DNA of 64,000 nt from Prorocentrum cordatum (GCA_963575745.1 CAUYUJ010000070.1:124001-188000), one strand, 5' to 3'; positions 13,432-26,572 are shown, numbered from the stretch's first letter. The notes: generated by a model from the sequence alone, not told the origin. Program-made: numbers and translations.

Positions 13432-14275
13432 GGATATGGTTAAGTCGGGCATGTTCCTCTACAGGAGGAATGTTCAACAATAGTCAACAAATAGTGTGGG
13501 GACGATTTGTTGGACCATTCCGAATCCGTTCCCCGAACGAAGAAGGGTGCTCTCTCTCTTTCTCTCTCGCTCTCTCTCCACCGACGATAGAGGAGGATGG
13601 GAAGGAGGGGACGAAATAATGCTCACCGTCGACGGGGTCGGACAGACACCCCGCACACGCCGACAGGGTCTGCGGATCTGCCCTTTCCTACTCCTTCTCC
13701 TTCTCCTTCTTCTTCTTCTCCTTCTCAATCTCCTCCCTCCCTTCTCCTCTCCTCCTCCCCTCCTCCCTCCTCCTCCTCCTCCTCCTCCTCCCTCTTCCTC
13801 CCTCCTCCTCCCCCTCCTCCCTCGCCCCTCCTCCTCCTCCTCCTCCTCCTCCTCCTCCTCCCCTTCCTCCTCCTCCTCCTCCTCCTCCTCCTCCTCCTCC
13901 CTCGCCGAGGGGAGGGAGCGGAACGTGGGGGACATGTATCTCGGATCCCCACTGCCCAATTCGGTCCCCTGGCCGCGGGAGTGCACAGGGGCCCGCTGGG
14001 TCTCTTCTCTGCACGCCGAGGGCTCACCGAGGGAGGGCAATTCTCGTATGCGCACGGGGGCGGAATGCTTCTTAGCTTACGCATGTGCATATCGCACAGG
14101 GTTCAAAATCCAAGGGGGGGGGTGGGCGAGGAGGAGGAGGAGGTGGAGGAGCAGGAGAAGGAGGACAATAACGATAATCAGGAAGGGGAGGAGGGGGGGC
14201 TAACGCAAAAAAGGAGGACGAGGAGGAGGGCGACGAGGAGGAGGAGGAGGAGGAGAAACGGCACCAGCTGTGCAG

Positions 14276-14356
14276 GAGTGGGTCTACACCGTGCCCCTCG
14301 TGTGGTACGTTTTCGCGCGCGTTTACACGGCCGCCGACGACCGCCAACTTCACAAG
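14276..14356 (+). CDS. Type-1 rhodopsin exon b (helix C): EWVYTVPLVWYVFARVYTAADDRQLHK
   Basis: CAG|G acceptor, AAG|GT donor, 81 nt, phase 0-0. Completes the RxxEWxxTxP helix-C signature with exon a. Confidence 0.8.
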
Positions 14357-14705
14357 GTCCCCGCCCCCCGTGGGGGCGTCGGGCATGCCCGAGTGGCGCC
14401 CAAGTTGTGGCTACGCGTTGCGCGCCCGCCGCGCGTTCGGATCCAGTAGCAGCAGGGTGAGCGGGAGGAGGTGGAGGTGGAGGAGGAGGAGGAGGAGGAG
14501 GAAGAGGAGGAGGAGGAGGAGGAGGGGGAGGGGGAGGAGGAGGGGAGGAGGGGGGTGGAGGAGGAGGAGGAGGAGGAGGGAGGAGGAGGAGGAGGAGGAG
14601 GAAGAGGAGGAGGAGGAGGAGGAGGAGGAGGAGGAGGAGGAGGAGGAGGTGGAGGAGGAGAGGAGGGAGGGAGGAGGAGGAGGGGGGAAAAGGAGGAGGA
14701 GGAGG

Positions 14706-17229
14706 ATTTGTTTTGACATCCACGGCCAAGGGACCCGTCAGATCCGGCACAAAACACCAGGGACAGTAAAGAGCCCCGATGCCGTCCAGATCAACTGTGA
14801 CCACTTTCCTCTTCGGGTGGAGTCCTTTGCTGAGTCTGGACCATAGTTCTCTTCTGTGAGCGTTGTGGGAGGACCAGCTCTTGTCGGCAGGGCCTCCAGC
14901 AGCCTGAGAAAGGGCGGAGGGTCGCGCCTGACGAGGGTCGCCCAATCCTCGCAGCTGGCCACCAGAAGTGTAAACGAAACACAGCTGCAGAAAGCAATAC
15001 AACTGCCGTCACTGCAATCAGCAACGATGCACCAATGGCCTAAGTCTCTGAGGGACTGAGGCGAAACCTTCAACTTGAGAGTGTACCTCCCTGATGGAGG
15101 CTTTGAAACAGAACGAGAGCTCTTGAGGCACTCGCTGTATTGCCAAAATTTGCCGACCCAGCTCCAGGAGTGCCCAGGACCCATGTCCCTTGGAGGTCCC
15201 AATGGAGACGGACGCTCCCAAGACACACCATCCAGGTTGGTCTTGGGCCAGAAGTCCAGGAGGTGGGCGGCTAGCTTGGCGACAGCCTGGGAGACAGACA
15301 CCAGAAAAGACAGATTGGGCTCGAGATCTTCTTCTAGAGGCGCGTGAAGGCGAGCTCCAGCCTTCGCCGCCTCATCTACGAAATTGTTGCCACGAATTTT
15401 GACCCGCTCGTCCCAGTTCATGCTGGGATCTTCTTCGCGGTGAGCCTTCACTTTGGAAATACCCTCGAGCCGACCATTAGCATTCGCACGGCACTGCAAC
15501 ACCAGACCACCATAGGGTCTGTTATGGGAAAGCTTCTGAGCGAATGGCAGGGCGAACTGGTCGACTACGACGTTGCAGTCAGAAACAACTTCAGCCATAT
15601 GTCTTCAAGGATTCACGAGGTGACAGCTGGAGCGACAAGTTCAGCGGCCACGCTCGTCTGAGGGTAAACGTTCCAAGCCGTGTCATAGATGCGTCCGAGG
15701 ATCTGCCCACGCTCGCCAAGCCAGACAGCTCCCCATCCAGAGCGAGACAGTTCACGGACAGGGTGCCTGAACCGAGAGCCATCCAGAAAAGGTTTTCCCC
15801 CGAATCTCCTTTCGCCCCTCGGCAGCTTCCCAAAAGGCATTGCATGCCTCGCTGCGCAGCGGCGCGCGCAGCTCCCCAAAGCGCCGGACTGATCGGCGCC
15901 TTCCCGGGCGCCTGCGGATGCGCGGGGCGCCTGCTGTCCGCTCGTCAAAAGAAGCGCTCCTCGGAAGGAAGCGGGAGGCCCGCGGCCTCGAAAATTTCAG
16001 GAGACAGCTCAACCACAGCCGGATCTTGCGACTCCTGGGCAGAGTAAGGGGGGGGGGGCCTCGGAGGACGGGTGAGGGAACAAGCCCGTCTCGAGGAGAA
16101 CCTTAACCCCAGTGTTGACACCAGCCTCCTTCTCACGGCGGGCGCGGCTCAGCAACTCAGGCTTGATGTGTTCAGAACGTTCAACTTCCCAAGATGGACA
16201 ATACCACAGACGATGAATGATGGTATCGCCTTCGGCCCCACACAGGGAACAACGGTCTTCGACTTTGTAACCAAGAGCTACGGCTCGGCTCAACGGCTCG
16301 GCTCAAAAGCCAAAGTCCCTGGCATGTGATCGTCCTAATGACACATTTCTGCTTACGCCAGAAACGCTTCGAATGCAGAGCCGAACAGAGAGCATCGGAA
16401 CACAACCTGGACCGTTGGCCGTACTTATCGCCAGCCTCGCACTCACGAGCTCTGGAACTCGCAGATCTTCAAAGTCGTTTCAGGAGGGCAGGAGCGACGA
16501 GGAGGAGAGGGATGCCGATTCCACAGTCGTCAGTCAGGGCGCGCGGGCCTCCCATGGGCCATCCCAGCCTGGCCACCGAGAGGTACATGACCCCAAGTGG
16601 CTCTTTGACAGATCTCCGGGTCCGCGGAGGTTTCTTCCAGACGAGCTCCCAGCTTTCTCGAAGTTGGGCCCAGGTCATAGCGTGCTCCGTCAAACGGGTG
16701 CGCAGGAGCCACAGCTCATTCTGGTAGCGAAGAAGAGGAGCGACAGACCCATACCATGCTGGATCCCCTACAACACGCGAGAGGATGCTCACAGAGCTGC
16801 CGCCACACGACGGCTTCATGGTGGATGCCGCGAGGCGCCAAACCTGCAGCAGCTCGCCGTCAGACATGCCATGCACGTCCGCGCCAGAGTGCAGATCTGG
16901 AAGAGCTCCAGCACAAAAAAACCTGAGTGGCACGCCTACCGATGGTGCCTCGCTGTCGCGCGACTCCTCGCGCGGCGCGTGGCGGACAGCAAGCGAGCCT
17001 TAGTCTTGGTGCTGCGTCCTTGGACGCGGCGGAATGTACCAGCAGTGTGGTCGTGACCGAGATTCACCGCCGTCTCGAGGTGAGGGCCCACGAGATCTCC
17101 AGAGGCCTCGAGGAGCCTGCTCGAAAGGACCTTACTGATGGTAACCATGCCCACCTTCTCAAGGGCAATGTGTGCCTTCATCGTGCAAGAAATGGCCTGT
17201 TCGAGCTGGCTGGCAGCGCTGATTACGTC
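14706..17229 (-). mobile_element. 5'-truncated, frameshifted LINE of the same architecture (post-RT region, CCHC, RNase H) inside (GGA)n
   Basis: Collinear with ORF2 at 41290: NLGHDH; PLGVMYLSVARLGW vs PVGAVFLSLLRVGW; CSLC..HRLWYC; LDGS..SGWGAV; QTSVAAE; VSDC; KVKAH; GNNFVDEAAK. Split over several frames. Confidence 0.9.
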
Positions 17230-18574
17230 GGAGGAGGAGGAGGAGGAGGAGCAAGAGGAAGAGGAGGAGGAGGAGGAGGAGGAGGAGGAGGAGGAGGTGG
17301 TGGAGAGAAGGGAGGAGGAGGAGGAGGAGGAGGAGGAGGAGGAGGAGGAGAGGAGGAGAGGGAGGAGGAGAGGAGGAGGAGGAGGAGGAGGAGAGGAGGA
17401 GGAGGAGGAGGAGGAGGAGGAGGAACAGGAGGCGAGGACGAGGGACGAGGAGGAGGAGGAGGGAGGAGGAGGACGGAACGAGGAGGAGGAAATGGGGGGG
17501 GGGAAGGAGGAGGAGGAGGAGGAGGGAGGAGGAGGAGGAGGAGGAGGGAGAGAGGAGGAGGAGGAGGAGGAGGAGGAGAGAGGAGGAGAGAGGAGAGGAG
17601 GAGGAGGAGGAGGAGGAGGTAGGAGGGCAGGAGGAGGAGGAGGAGGAGAGGAGGAGGAAGGAGGAGGAGGGGAGGAGGAGGAGGGAGGGGTGAGGGTGGG
17701 GAGGGGGGAAGAGAGTACACCCCCCGCCCATTGTCGACCATGCGTCTATGCGCACACCGCCCGCATCCCTTCCTTGGCCGCCCCCTCCCTCTTCCGCTCC
17801 TCTCGCTCTCCTCTCTCTCCTCCTCCTCCTCCTCCTCCTCCTCCTCCCCCTCCTCTCGTCCCCTTCCGTCCTCCTCATCCTCCTCCCCCTCCTCCTCCTC
17901 AGCTCCTCCTCCTCCTCCTCCTCGCCTCCTCCTCCCTCCTCCTCCTCCTGCTCCTCCTCCTCCTCCTCCTCCTCCTCCTCCTCCTCCTCCTCCTCCTCCT
18001 CCTCCTCCTCCTCCCCCTCATCATTCTCCTCCTCTTCTCCCTCCTCGTCCTCGTCCTCCTTCCTCCTCTCTCTCCTCTTCTCCGCCTCCTCCGTTCCCCC
18101 CCCCCCCCCCTGGTGGTGACGTTGTTGATGTTGACCTGGATGTTCATGAGGAGCTCCGCGTCCTAGCTGGCTGACCCATTCGCGCTGTGTTGTCGTGCGT
18201 CTCGCCCCCGTCTCGTTTTTTCTCTTACCTGCCTCTCCTGGGAGACGGGCCGATCCAGTTTCCAGCGTCCTTCTCGTTCCCCCCCCTCCCCCCGATTTCT
18301 CCACCTCCCGCTCCGCCCAAAGATGCGTCCCTCAGGGTACACGGGAGGGCCAGGCGAGGACGGAGCAGAGGCAACGCCACAGGCACGATTGATTGTTGGT
18401 GGGGAGGAGAGAGGACAACCTCTCTTTTCACTGGCTGGACCCCTTTTCACTGGCTGGACCCCTTCCTCTGCGCGGCTCAAAGATGGCGCCCTGAGGAGTG
18501 GGGCCCCAAGGACGCGCGGCCTCAAGCCGTGAAAGTTCAGCCTGAGATCCTTTTCTCGGCGGTGCGCCCGGGGG

Positions 18575-18700
18575 GGACGTGAGAAGGGGTGGGCCTTCTC
18601 GGAAGGCTCGGAAGTCCCCCGGCCTTCGGAGAAGTTTTGTCTAAGCCTTCCCCGCAGACACAGACAGACTTCTTAGGAGGCGCGAGGGCATCGGAGCGGT
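18575..18700. repeat. Dispersed repeat of about 130 bp (direct copy at 59275-59420, inverted copy at 23620-23750)
   Basis: GTGAGAAGGG..GGCCTTCTC..GAGAAGTTTT..AGCCTTCCCCG..ACTTCT..GGCGCGAGGGC. Confidence 0.8.
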
Positions 18701-18764
18701 CCATCCGCCCTCTCAGGAGGCGCGAGGGCATCAGAGCAGTCCCGCCGCCTTCTGCCTGCACGAA

Positions 18765-18957
18765 CGAAATGGGCACGGAAAGAATGGGTACATTGCTCAA
18801 CAGCAGTTCCTGCTCACTTTGAACAGGACTCGCTGTCCGCGCCGCCGCGGCCTGTGTCCTTTCGAGACAGAAGGCCGCCTGCCCAATAGCGGCCGCTGTT
18901 GGTTCGGGACAACATTTGTTGTTGGGCATTGTACCCATTCTTTCCGTACTTATTTCG
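18765..18957. mobile_element. MITE family D (related ends near 1830, 55390 and 55555-55585)
   Basis: CGAAATGGGCACGGAAAGAATGGGTACA / TGTACCCATTCTTTCCGTACTTATTTCG. Confidence 0.75.
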
Positions 18958-19047
18958 GGCGTCCAAATGAGAAGGCCTTTTCCTTCTCGCTTCCCCCCTG
19001 GGCGCGCCGCCGACTTTGGCGTTGGGGTCACAACTCGGGTCTCCAGC

Positions 19048-19400
19048 GGCCATTCGGGACGATCCGGGCACCCCCGAATCGCCCTCGGTGACGCGCAGCT
19101 GCTGGCAAGCATCCCGAGGCCAGAATACCGCCGAGAACCGACGGAAGCGCCCGAAAACCTCGAACTTCAGACCCGACCTCGCTCGCCACCGAATTGTTGC
19201 CTTGCTGGCTGGGCCGTGGCCCGAGGGCTTCGAAGACTCCCCGCCGGCGCCATTCGGGACGACCCGGGCACCCCCAGAATGCCCTCGGCGAGGCGCAGCT
19301 GCTGGCCAAGCATCCCGAGGCCAGGAACACCGTCCAGGACTGCCGAGAGCGTCCGAACACCCTGCAGCTCGGACCTCTGGCCCGACCTGGCTCGCCCCCG
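19048..19400. repeat. Tandem duplication with a period of about 200 bp
   Basis: CCATTCGGGACGA..GGGCACCCCC..GCAGCTGCTGGC..AGCATCCCGAGGCCAG at about 19050 and 19250. Confidence 0.85.
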
Positions 19401-20844
19401 CATCGGGGCCCTTCTCTTTGAGCCGCCGATCCTCGTCTCCGCCTCCACCGCCGCCGCCCCCTCTCGCATGTGCCCCCCCCTCCTCCGCTCGTCGCCCTCG
19501 CCGTCCCCCGTCCATTTCCCGTCCCCGTCCGCCTCGTTCTCGTCCTCCTGCGTCTCTTCCTCTTCCTTCTCCTCGCCGTTACCGTCATCCTCCTCCCCCC
19601 ATCGCCCACCCCTTCTGATGTTCCTTTCTCCTTCCTTCTTGCTCCCTCCTCTCTGTTTCACTCTCTCCTCGCTCCTCGCAGCCCACCCCACACGCTCTCT
19701 CCACCCCCTCTCCTTGCAATTCACTCCTCCCTGTTGTAACCTCTGATGTGTCGGTAAGGCAGGCTCGGCGTTTCGCCTGAGATTTCTGCTCCGCTCATGA
19801 TCATGAAGCTTTGGCTTTGCAACAGCTTCACGGATTGAGCGCCGGCCGTTTTCAGATCTAGTTCTCGCCTTAGTTGTGAGCGCATTCGGTCTACGTAATT
19901 ATTGACAACAGCTTCAAGGGTGAAGGGTGGTATTATGGTTTTCAACATGTGGCTCTCGTTTCAGCACAGCGCATATTCGTCCTAGACGTTTGCAACAGTC
20001 GCAAGGGTGAAGGGCGGCTCCTTTTCAGAATGTTGCTCTCGCCTTAGCGCCGCGCACGTTCGTTTGGACAGTTTGTAACAGTGTAATGTTGCGCTGTGCA
20101 CGTTCGTTCGAGAAGTTTGCAACAGTTTCATGTAATCACATGGTCGAAGTCCCAGGACTGGCGTTCTGGCAAGAATTGGGATGGTCAGGACGCAACAGTC
20201 GCACGTTGACTCGTGGTGTTAAAGTCCCAGGAATGGTGTCCTGGCGCGCTTCAGGATTGTCAGCACGTAACCTTCACGCTGATTCACGACTCTCAGACAG
20301 TTGTTTTTCAATGGCGCATTCCCCGCGATGCAAGTCTGTTCTTGCAGGGCCCAATGAAGAGGGAACTTGTAAGGAGGGTTCATTGCAACATCATTGATGC
20401 GTCTTGGGTTTACGCTGGTCCATCCTCCCTCCTCCCCGTCCCCCTTACACACTCTCTGCCCCCTCTCCTTCTGCGTTCTCCTTCAAACTCCCTCGTCCCC
20501 GCCAAACCGTTCCCTTTTCTTCTTCCACTGCTCCTCCGCACTCTTCCCCCCGCCCCGCCCCCCCTGGGGGAAGGAACGTGAGGGGCGGAATGGTGAGGAG
20601 GACGGTACTTCTTGGCATGTGGAGCTAGTGTGTGTGTGTGTGTGTGTGTGTGGATGTGTGTGTGTGTGCGCGCGCGCGCGTGTGAATGTGTGTGAATGTG
20701 TGTGTGTGTGTGTGTGTGTGTGTGTTCGAGGCGGCGGAGGCCCGACGGGCCTGGCCGAGCGAGCTCGTGGAGGCCGAAGGGCCGCTTCCGGGGCCAAGGT
20801 CAGCCCGGGGGGCAGCGCGGCCGTGCCGTGAGTGGCGTACCCAC

Positions 20845-21018
20845 TCGGGCGACGAAATCTAGCCATATCCACTGCTCCCTGGCCAGGCCCACTCTGAACC
20901 CAGGAGCTGTGTATACGCCCTCCTGGCCCAGCCAGGAGGGTGTGGCGTATACACTGCTGCTGGGTTCACGGTGTGCCTGGCCAGGGAGCAGTGGATATGG
21001 ATAGATTCGGTCGCCCTA
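20845..21018. mobile_element. 174-bp palindromic MITE family B, 5-bp TSD CCCAC
   Basis: Fold-back CCATATCCACTGCTCCCTGGCCAGGC / GCCTGGCCAGGGAGCAGTGGATATGG; termini TCGGG...CCCTA. Confidence 0.9.
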
Positions 21019-24000
21019 CCCACTGAGTCACATATGCAGGGCTGAGCGGCACGCGAGGGTGTCGCATTGGCCCTTCCGTTCCAGTCTCTGATCGTGTGCA
21101 TTCTCGTTCCTGCCTCGGCTTGCGAGTCGCTGTGCAGTTATTCTCTCTTTGTTATCCCGCATCTTCTCCGTTTTTTCATGGTTGCGGTTCAGTTCTTGAG
21201 CATCCGCGTATCCGTGATCGTTTCCGTTGCTTCGTTGGCTCCTCAGCAGCACCAGGTGGTCGCAGTGAACACGATGATGCTCACTACAGGTTACTCTGGG
21301 ATATTCTGCCTTAGGCTGTTCCGCTGGGGGGAGTAGTCTGTGATTCCTGCAGGAGGAGACGCAGGAGGAAAAGGAGGAAACGCAAGAAGAGAGGGTGAGA
21401 AAGGCGAATGCGTGGGACAACCGGGGAAGAGGAGGTGCGGAGGATGAGAGGGATGGGAAGTGACAGCTCCGGACGAAAGTGAGGACGAGAAGTCGGCTAC
21501 GGCCAGCTTCACACCAACATCGCTCATGGCCACGCCCACCCCTGGGCCCAGGATCTGGTGAACGCCGCCCTGGCCATGCCAGGAGGCCTGGGGCCTGGCC
21601 TGGTGAACGCCGCCCTGGCCATGCCAGGAGGCCTGGGGCCTGGCCTGAGGGCAGCAGGAGGAGGAGGAGGAGGAGGAGGAGGAGGAGGAGGAGGAGGGGA
21701 GGAGGAGGGAGGATGGAGGAGGAGGAGGAGGCGTGAGGACAACGAGCAGGAGGGACGATGAGGGGTAGGAGGAGGAGGGGAGGAGGCGGAGGAGGAGGAG
21801 GAGGAGGAGCAGGAGGAAGAGGAGGAGGAGGAGGAGGAGGGAGGAGGAGGAGGATGGGATGAGGCTGAGGAAGGAGAGAGGAGGAGGAGGAGGAGGAGGA
21901 AGTGAGGAGGAGGAGGGAGGAGGAGGGAGGAGGGGTGGGGGGAGGGGAAGGGGGAGGGTCGGAGGGGGAAGGGGGAGGGGGAGAGGGGGTGGAGGAGGTG
22001 GAGAGGAGGAGAAGAGGTGGAGGAGGAGGAGGAGGAGGAGGAGGAGGAGGAGGAGGAGGAGGGAGGCGAGGGGGGACGACAACCGTGGAGGAGGAGGAGC
22101 AGGAGGAGGAGTGGAGGAGGAGAAGGAGGAGGGCACGGAGGCGGAGGAAGAGGAGGAGGAGGAGGAGAAGGAGGAGGAGCGAGGAGGTGGTTGAGGAGGA
22201 GGCGCGTAGGAGAAGCGAGGAGGAGGAGGAGGAGAGGAGGAGGAGGAGGAGGAGGATGGAGGCCCAGGAGGAGGTGGACGTGAGGAGGCGCAGAGGAGAG
22301 GGCGAGACTTGAGAAGGAGGGAGGAGGAGGAGGAGGGGAGAAGGAGGGGGAGGTAAAGAGGAGAGGAGGAGGAGGAGGAGGAGGAGGAGGAGGAGGAGGA
22401 GGAGAGGCGAGGGGGCGTCCGCGGTTTTGCCGGCCGCAGCCGGTCCGTGCGGCTCCGTCGGCTTCCGCGCCCCTGCTAGTCGGCTGCCGCGGTCCTGCCA
22501 GTCGGTCCGTGCGCCCCTCGGTCCGTCGGCTTCGGGCCAGTCGCGGGTGAACCATCGGTTCGGTTGGTTTTCGGGTTTGGTGCCGCCGCGGACGCCTGCC
22601 ACATCGAGGAGGATCCTCCTCCTCCTCCTCCTCCTCCTCCTCCTCATCCTCCTCATCTCCTCCCTCCTCCCTTCCGCCTCCTCGCTCCTCCTCCTTCATC
22701 CTCCTCCTCCTCCTTCTCCTCCTCTTCTCGCATTCTCATCCGCGGCTCTCCTCAACTCCTCATCCTTCTCCTCGCCTCCTCCTCCTCCTCCTCGCCTCTC
22801 CTCCGCGCCGGGTCCTGTCAACCTCCTCCTCCTCCTTCTCCTCGGCCTCACGCCTTCTCCTCCTCCCTCCTCTCCTCCTTCCTCCTTTCGTTGTCGCCCC
22901 CCTTCGCCTCCTCCTCCTCCTCCTTTCCTTCCTTCTCCCCCTGCCCGCCTCCCCCTCCTCCTCCTTCTTCCTCCCCCTCCTCCTCATCCTCCTCCTCCTC
23001 CTCCTTCTCCTCGTCCTTCTCCTCTTGTTCCTGCTCCTGCTCCTGCTCTTGCTGCTCTTGCTGCTCGGAGCAGGAGGAGGTCCCAGGCCAGCGTGGGCTG
23101 TCATGGCTCACCCATAGACGTGCTACACTCTCCAGCGTTGAGCTGGGGCTCTCAGTTTTACACCCGCCGACGACGCGAACGTCGCCATGTGGTACAGCAC
23201 GAGCATGGCCACAACAACGAGGAGCATTAGTACGAGGCTCTTCGCCATTCGTCGAAGGCATCGGGCGCCCTCGGAGGTACCCCAAGCAAGCAATCGTCCG
23301 CGCGGATGTCTTAGATCGGCGCTGGACCCCCTGGCGGCAAGCGCGTTCACCGCAGCTCCAAGAAATCCGCCCAGATCGTTTTTCTCAAGGCAAGCACAAA
23401 CAACAAGAGACTTTTATCCAAAGCCAGGCCTGTGCTGTGCTTCTCCCTCGTGCCAGCCGTATCCCACAGCTGGCAAACGGCGCGACCCGTCAAGGCGTGG
23501 TGCGATGCATCATTGCAGGCGATGTTGATCGGTGAAGCCGCTGTCGCTATCTCAGAAGGAATCTCTCTCGGCGGCGAGCGAGGGTGGGAAAGTGAGAAGG
23601 AGAAAGAGCCTGCTTATGAGGCGGCGGGACTTCTCGGAAACACCTCGCGCCTCCTGAGAGTTTTTTCTGTGTTCGGGGAAGGCTTAGAACACTTCTCAGA
23701 AGGCTGGGGGACCTCCGAGGCTTCTGAGAAGGCCCGCCCTATCTCACTTTTGCCCCCCTCGCTCGCCGGCGACTCTCCTCCTCCGCCTCCTTCTCCTCCT
23801 CCGCCTCCTCCTCCGCCTCCTCCTCCTCCTCCGCCTCCTCCTCCTCCTCCGCCTCCTCCGCCTCCTCCGCCTCCTCCTCCTCCTCCGCCTCCTCCGCCTC
23901 CTCCTCCTCCTCCTCCTATCGCCCATTCTTCGCCGATCGCGGCTTGGGTGCTCCTCCCCGCCTGGGAGCATGCGTGTCCGCTGCCGGGTGCTCTTCGCCG

Positions 24001-24160
24001 AGCTATCGGTGACGCGTCGTCGATCCCAGGTCTAGGCTTCCCTCCCTGGGCCAGTGCCTTCGTATCGTTCCCCCCCCCGTGTTTTCCTGTCTGCACTGGC
24101 CAACCCACCGCTCACCTCTCGCAGGCCGTTCCCCACCCGGCAGGTCGGGGAGTGCTATAG

Positions 24161-24324
24161 TTAAGTCGGGCCTGTCCCTCTACAGGGGAATATTCAAAAT
24201 AGATGAAAAATAGTCTGGGGACTATGTCTTGATTATTTTGGACCATTTGGAAGTATTTTTGGAGTTTTTTTAATGATTTTCTGTTCATCGAAAATCCCCC
24301 TGTAGGGGGACCCGCCCGACTTAA
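24161..24324. mobile_element. hAT-like MITE family A
   Basis: TTAAGTCGGGC...GCCCGACTTAA; TSD TGCTATAG/TGCTAGAG. Confidence 0.9.
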
Positions 24325-25292
24325 TGCTAGAGCTGGGGCCCGACCCGCCGTCGTGCACCCTGCGCTCTGCGGCCGCCAGGCCCGTAGGATCCAGCTGCTC
24401 CTTGTGCATCCCGCCCATGGTGGGCCATGTTTTCCACCACCACCACCGCCAAAGTTGGAGGGGGCGGGTCCTCCTCCCCCTCCTCCTCCTCGTCCTCCTC
24501 CTCCTCCTCCTCCTCGTCCCCCTCCTCCTCCTCGTCGTCGTCGTCCTCCTCCTCCTCCTCCTCCTTGTAACCCTCCTCCTCCTTCTCCTCCTCCTCCTCC
24601 TCCTCCTCCTCCTCCTCCTCCCCATCCTCCTTCTCCTCAACCTTCCCCCCCTTCCTCCTCCCCCGTCTCCTCCTCCCCTTCCTCCTCCTCCTCCTCCTCC
24701 TCCTCCTCCTCCTCCTCCTCCTCCTCCTCCTCCTCCTCCTTTGCGCGCCCCCGATTCTAGGGCGGGGATCACTCGAAGCCAAGTAATTGGACGCTCTTGC
24801 CGCCTTTGGGGCTCAGAGGGTTGCCTCTGGAGACCCCTCCGTCTGCCTTGGGGATCTCGACCTCTTCCGGGGGACTGGTATTTTCATACAGCGAACCCTG
24901 CCGTCTCATTCTCCCGCACGTCGTCTTATGCAGCCCAAAGCAGCACGAGCCGCAAGCCGAGCAAGCGCAGCCGGCACAGCCTGGCTCAAAAAGCAGGGCC
25001 ACGCTGGAGGGTCAGAGCCGAACCGAGCGGTCTGCATGCAGAGCCCTCCCTGCTTCTGCTCCTCGCCCTTGCCTCAGCGCCGTCTGGTGGAGGAGGAGGA
25101 GGAGGATGAGGAGGAGGAGGAGGAGGAGGGGGAGGAGGAGGAGGAGGAGTATTAGGAGGAGGAGCACTCCACGACCTATCGCGGCGAGGGGCTCTCGCCA
25201 ACTCTTCTCCTCCTCCGCAATCTCGCCCTTTGCCCCGCCTCGGTGCATCAGCGCTGCGTCCGTCCCATGGACCGTGGCTTGCTGGTGCGCAG

Positions 25293-25340
25293 GTGGCAAC
25301 CCCACCCACACATGATGGTGTCGTTCGCCACTGCGGGCAG
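25293..25340 (+). CDS. Type-1 rhodopsin exon c (helix D): VAT..(indel)..HMMVSFATAG(S)
   Basis: CAG|G acceptor and AG|GC donor. The phase-2 end matches the phase-2 start of exon d (AG+C = Ser). The exon is out of frame within the C-runs at 25299-25311 (error or lesion). Confidence 0.5.
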
Positions 25341-26368
25341 GCTGGCTTGGCGATCGACGGTCGTCACGATCGCCGCCTGTCGTACCTTCACGGCGCAGTG
25401 CGTAGCCTTGCAACAAATTATCGGCGTCCCTCTACGGTTCCTTTTGATACGATCGATCCGCTTCAATGTCGATCCTGGCCGGCCCACTCTCATTCGATTC
25501 CGATGTTCCGACGATCCGATGCGGCCCGATGCTTGCGTGGCGTTGTTGTGCATCCAGGCGTGGCCGTTCCGAGTAATCTACGGCCCCGTGCCAGTGCGGA
25601 TCGGTCCGACGCACGTTCCGATTCGACCCGATTTTCTGATTCGACGGTAACCGATCTTTATGAGGAAACATCCTGGAGGCCTCGCGCTGCGCGCAATAGT
25701 TGTATTAGCCAGTCCACACGTCAGCTCCGTAAGCTATGTGTCGACGCTGGCGCGGCGATCCCCTGGCGTCAGTCCGACGCCAATCCAACATAGTGTCGAC
25801 GTAACCCGGCTTGAACCCGACGTGAATCTGACGTGCAGCCGACGTCATACTTGGGCCTCGTTTTGCCGCACGAGGCCTCCAGGATTTTTTCATAAGATCC
25901 TGCCCCCGCTGGGGTGGCCGAGTCTCTTTTGAACGGTCCGGCGTCTGAGAGGCAGCCTCTGGAGTCGGGTACGGCCAGCTTCACACTGGCACCGCTCACG
26001 GCCACGCCCACCCCCGGGCCCAGGATCTGGTGGACGCCGCCCTGGCCATGCCAGGAGGCCTGGGGCCCGGCCTGAGGACAGGAGGAGGAGGAGACCAGGC
26101 GAGGGGGGGCGAGGAGGAGGAGGAGGAGGAGGAGGAGGAGGAGGAGGAGGAGGAGGAGGAGGAGGAGGAGGCGGAGGAGGAGGCGGAGGAGGAGTTAGGA
26201 GGAGGAGGAGGAGGAGGAGGCGGAGGAGGAGGAAAGGAGGGGAGGAGGAGGAGGAGGAGGAGGAGGGTTAGGAGGAGGAGGAGGAGGAGAGGAGGAGGAA
26301 AAGGAGGAGGAGGAGGAGGAGGAGACCGCTCCTGCCCTCTCTGGGTTGGCCTCGCTCGGCTCCGCCAG

Positions 26369-26426
26369 CTGTACCCGCCTGTACGTGCCCGTGTTCACGG
26401 TCGCCCTGCTGCTGTTCTGCTACCAG
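26369..26426 (+). CDS. Type-1 rhodopsin exon d (helix E): CTRLYVPVFTVALLLFCYQ
   Basis: CAG acceptor, CAG|GC donor, 18 of 19 codons end in G/C, hydrophobic helix with an FxxxxxxFxY pattern. Confidence 0.75.
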
Positions 26427-26499
26427 GCCCCCTCGCGGGTGCTCTGGCGGGGCGCCGGCCAGAGAGGGCCCTCCTCGCCGGCCCTTTGGTCGGACCCAG

Positions 26500-26572
<73 letters not shown>

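Noticed and set aside
24161..24324. piggyBac or Kolobok element with a TTAA TSD
   Set aside because: 8-bp duplications lie outside the TTAA in four copies.
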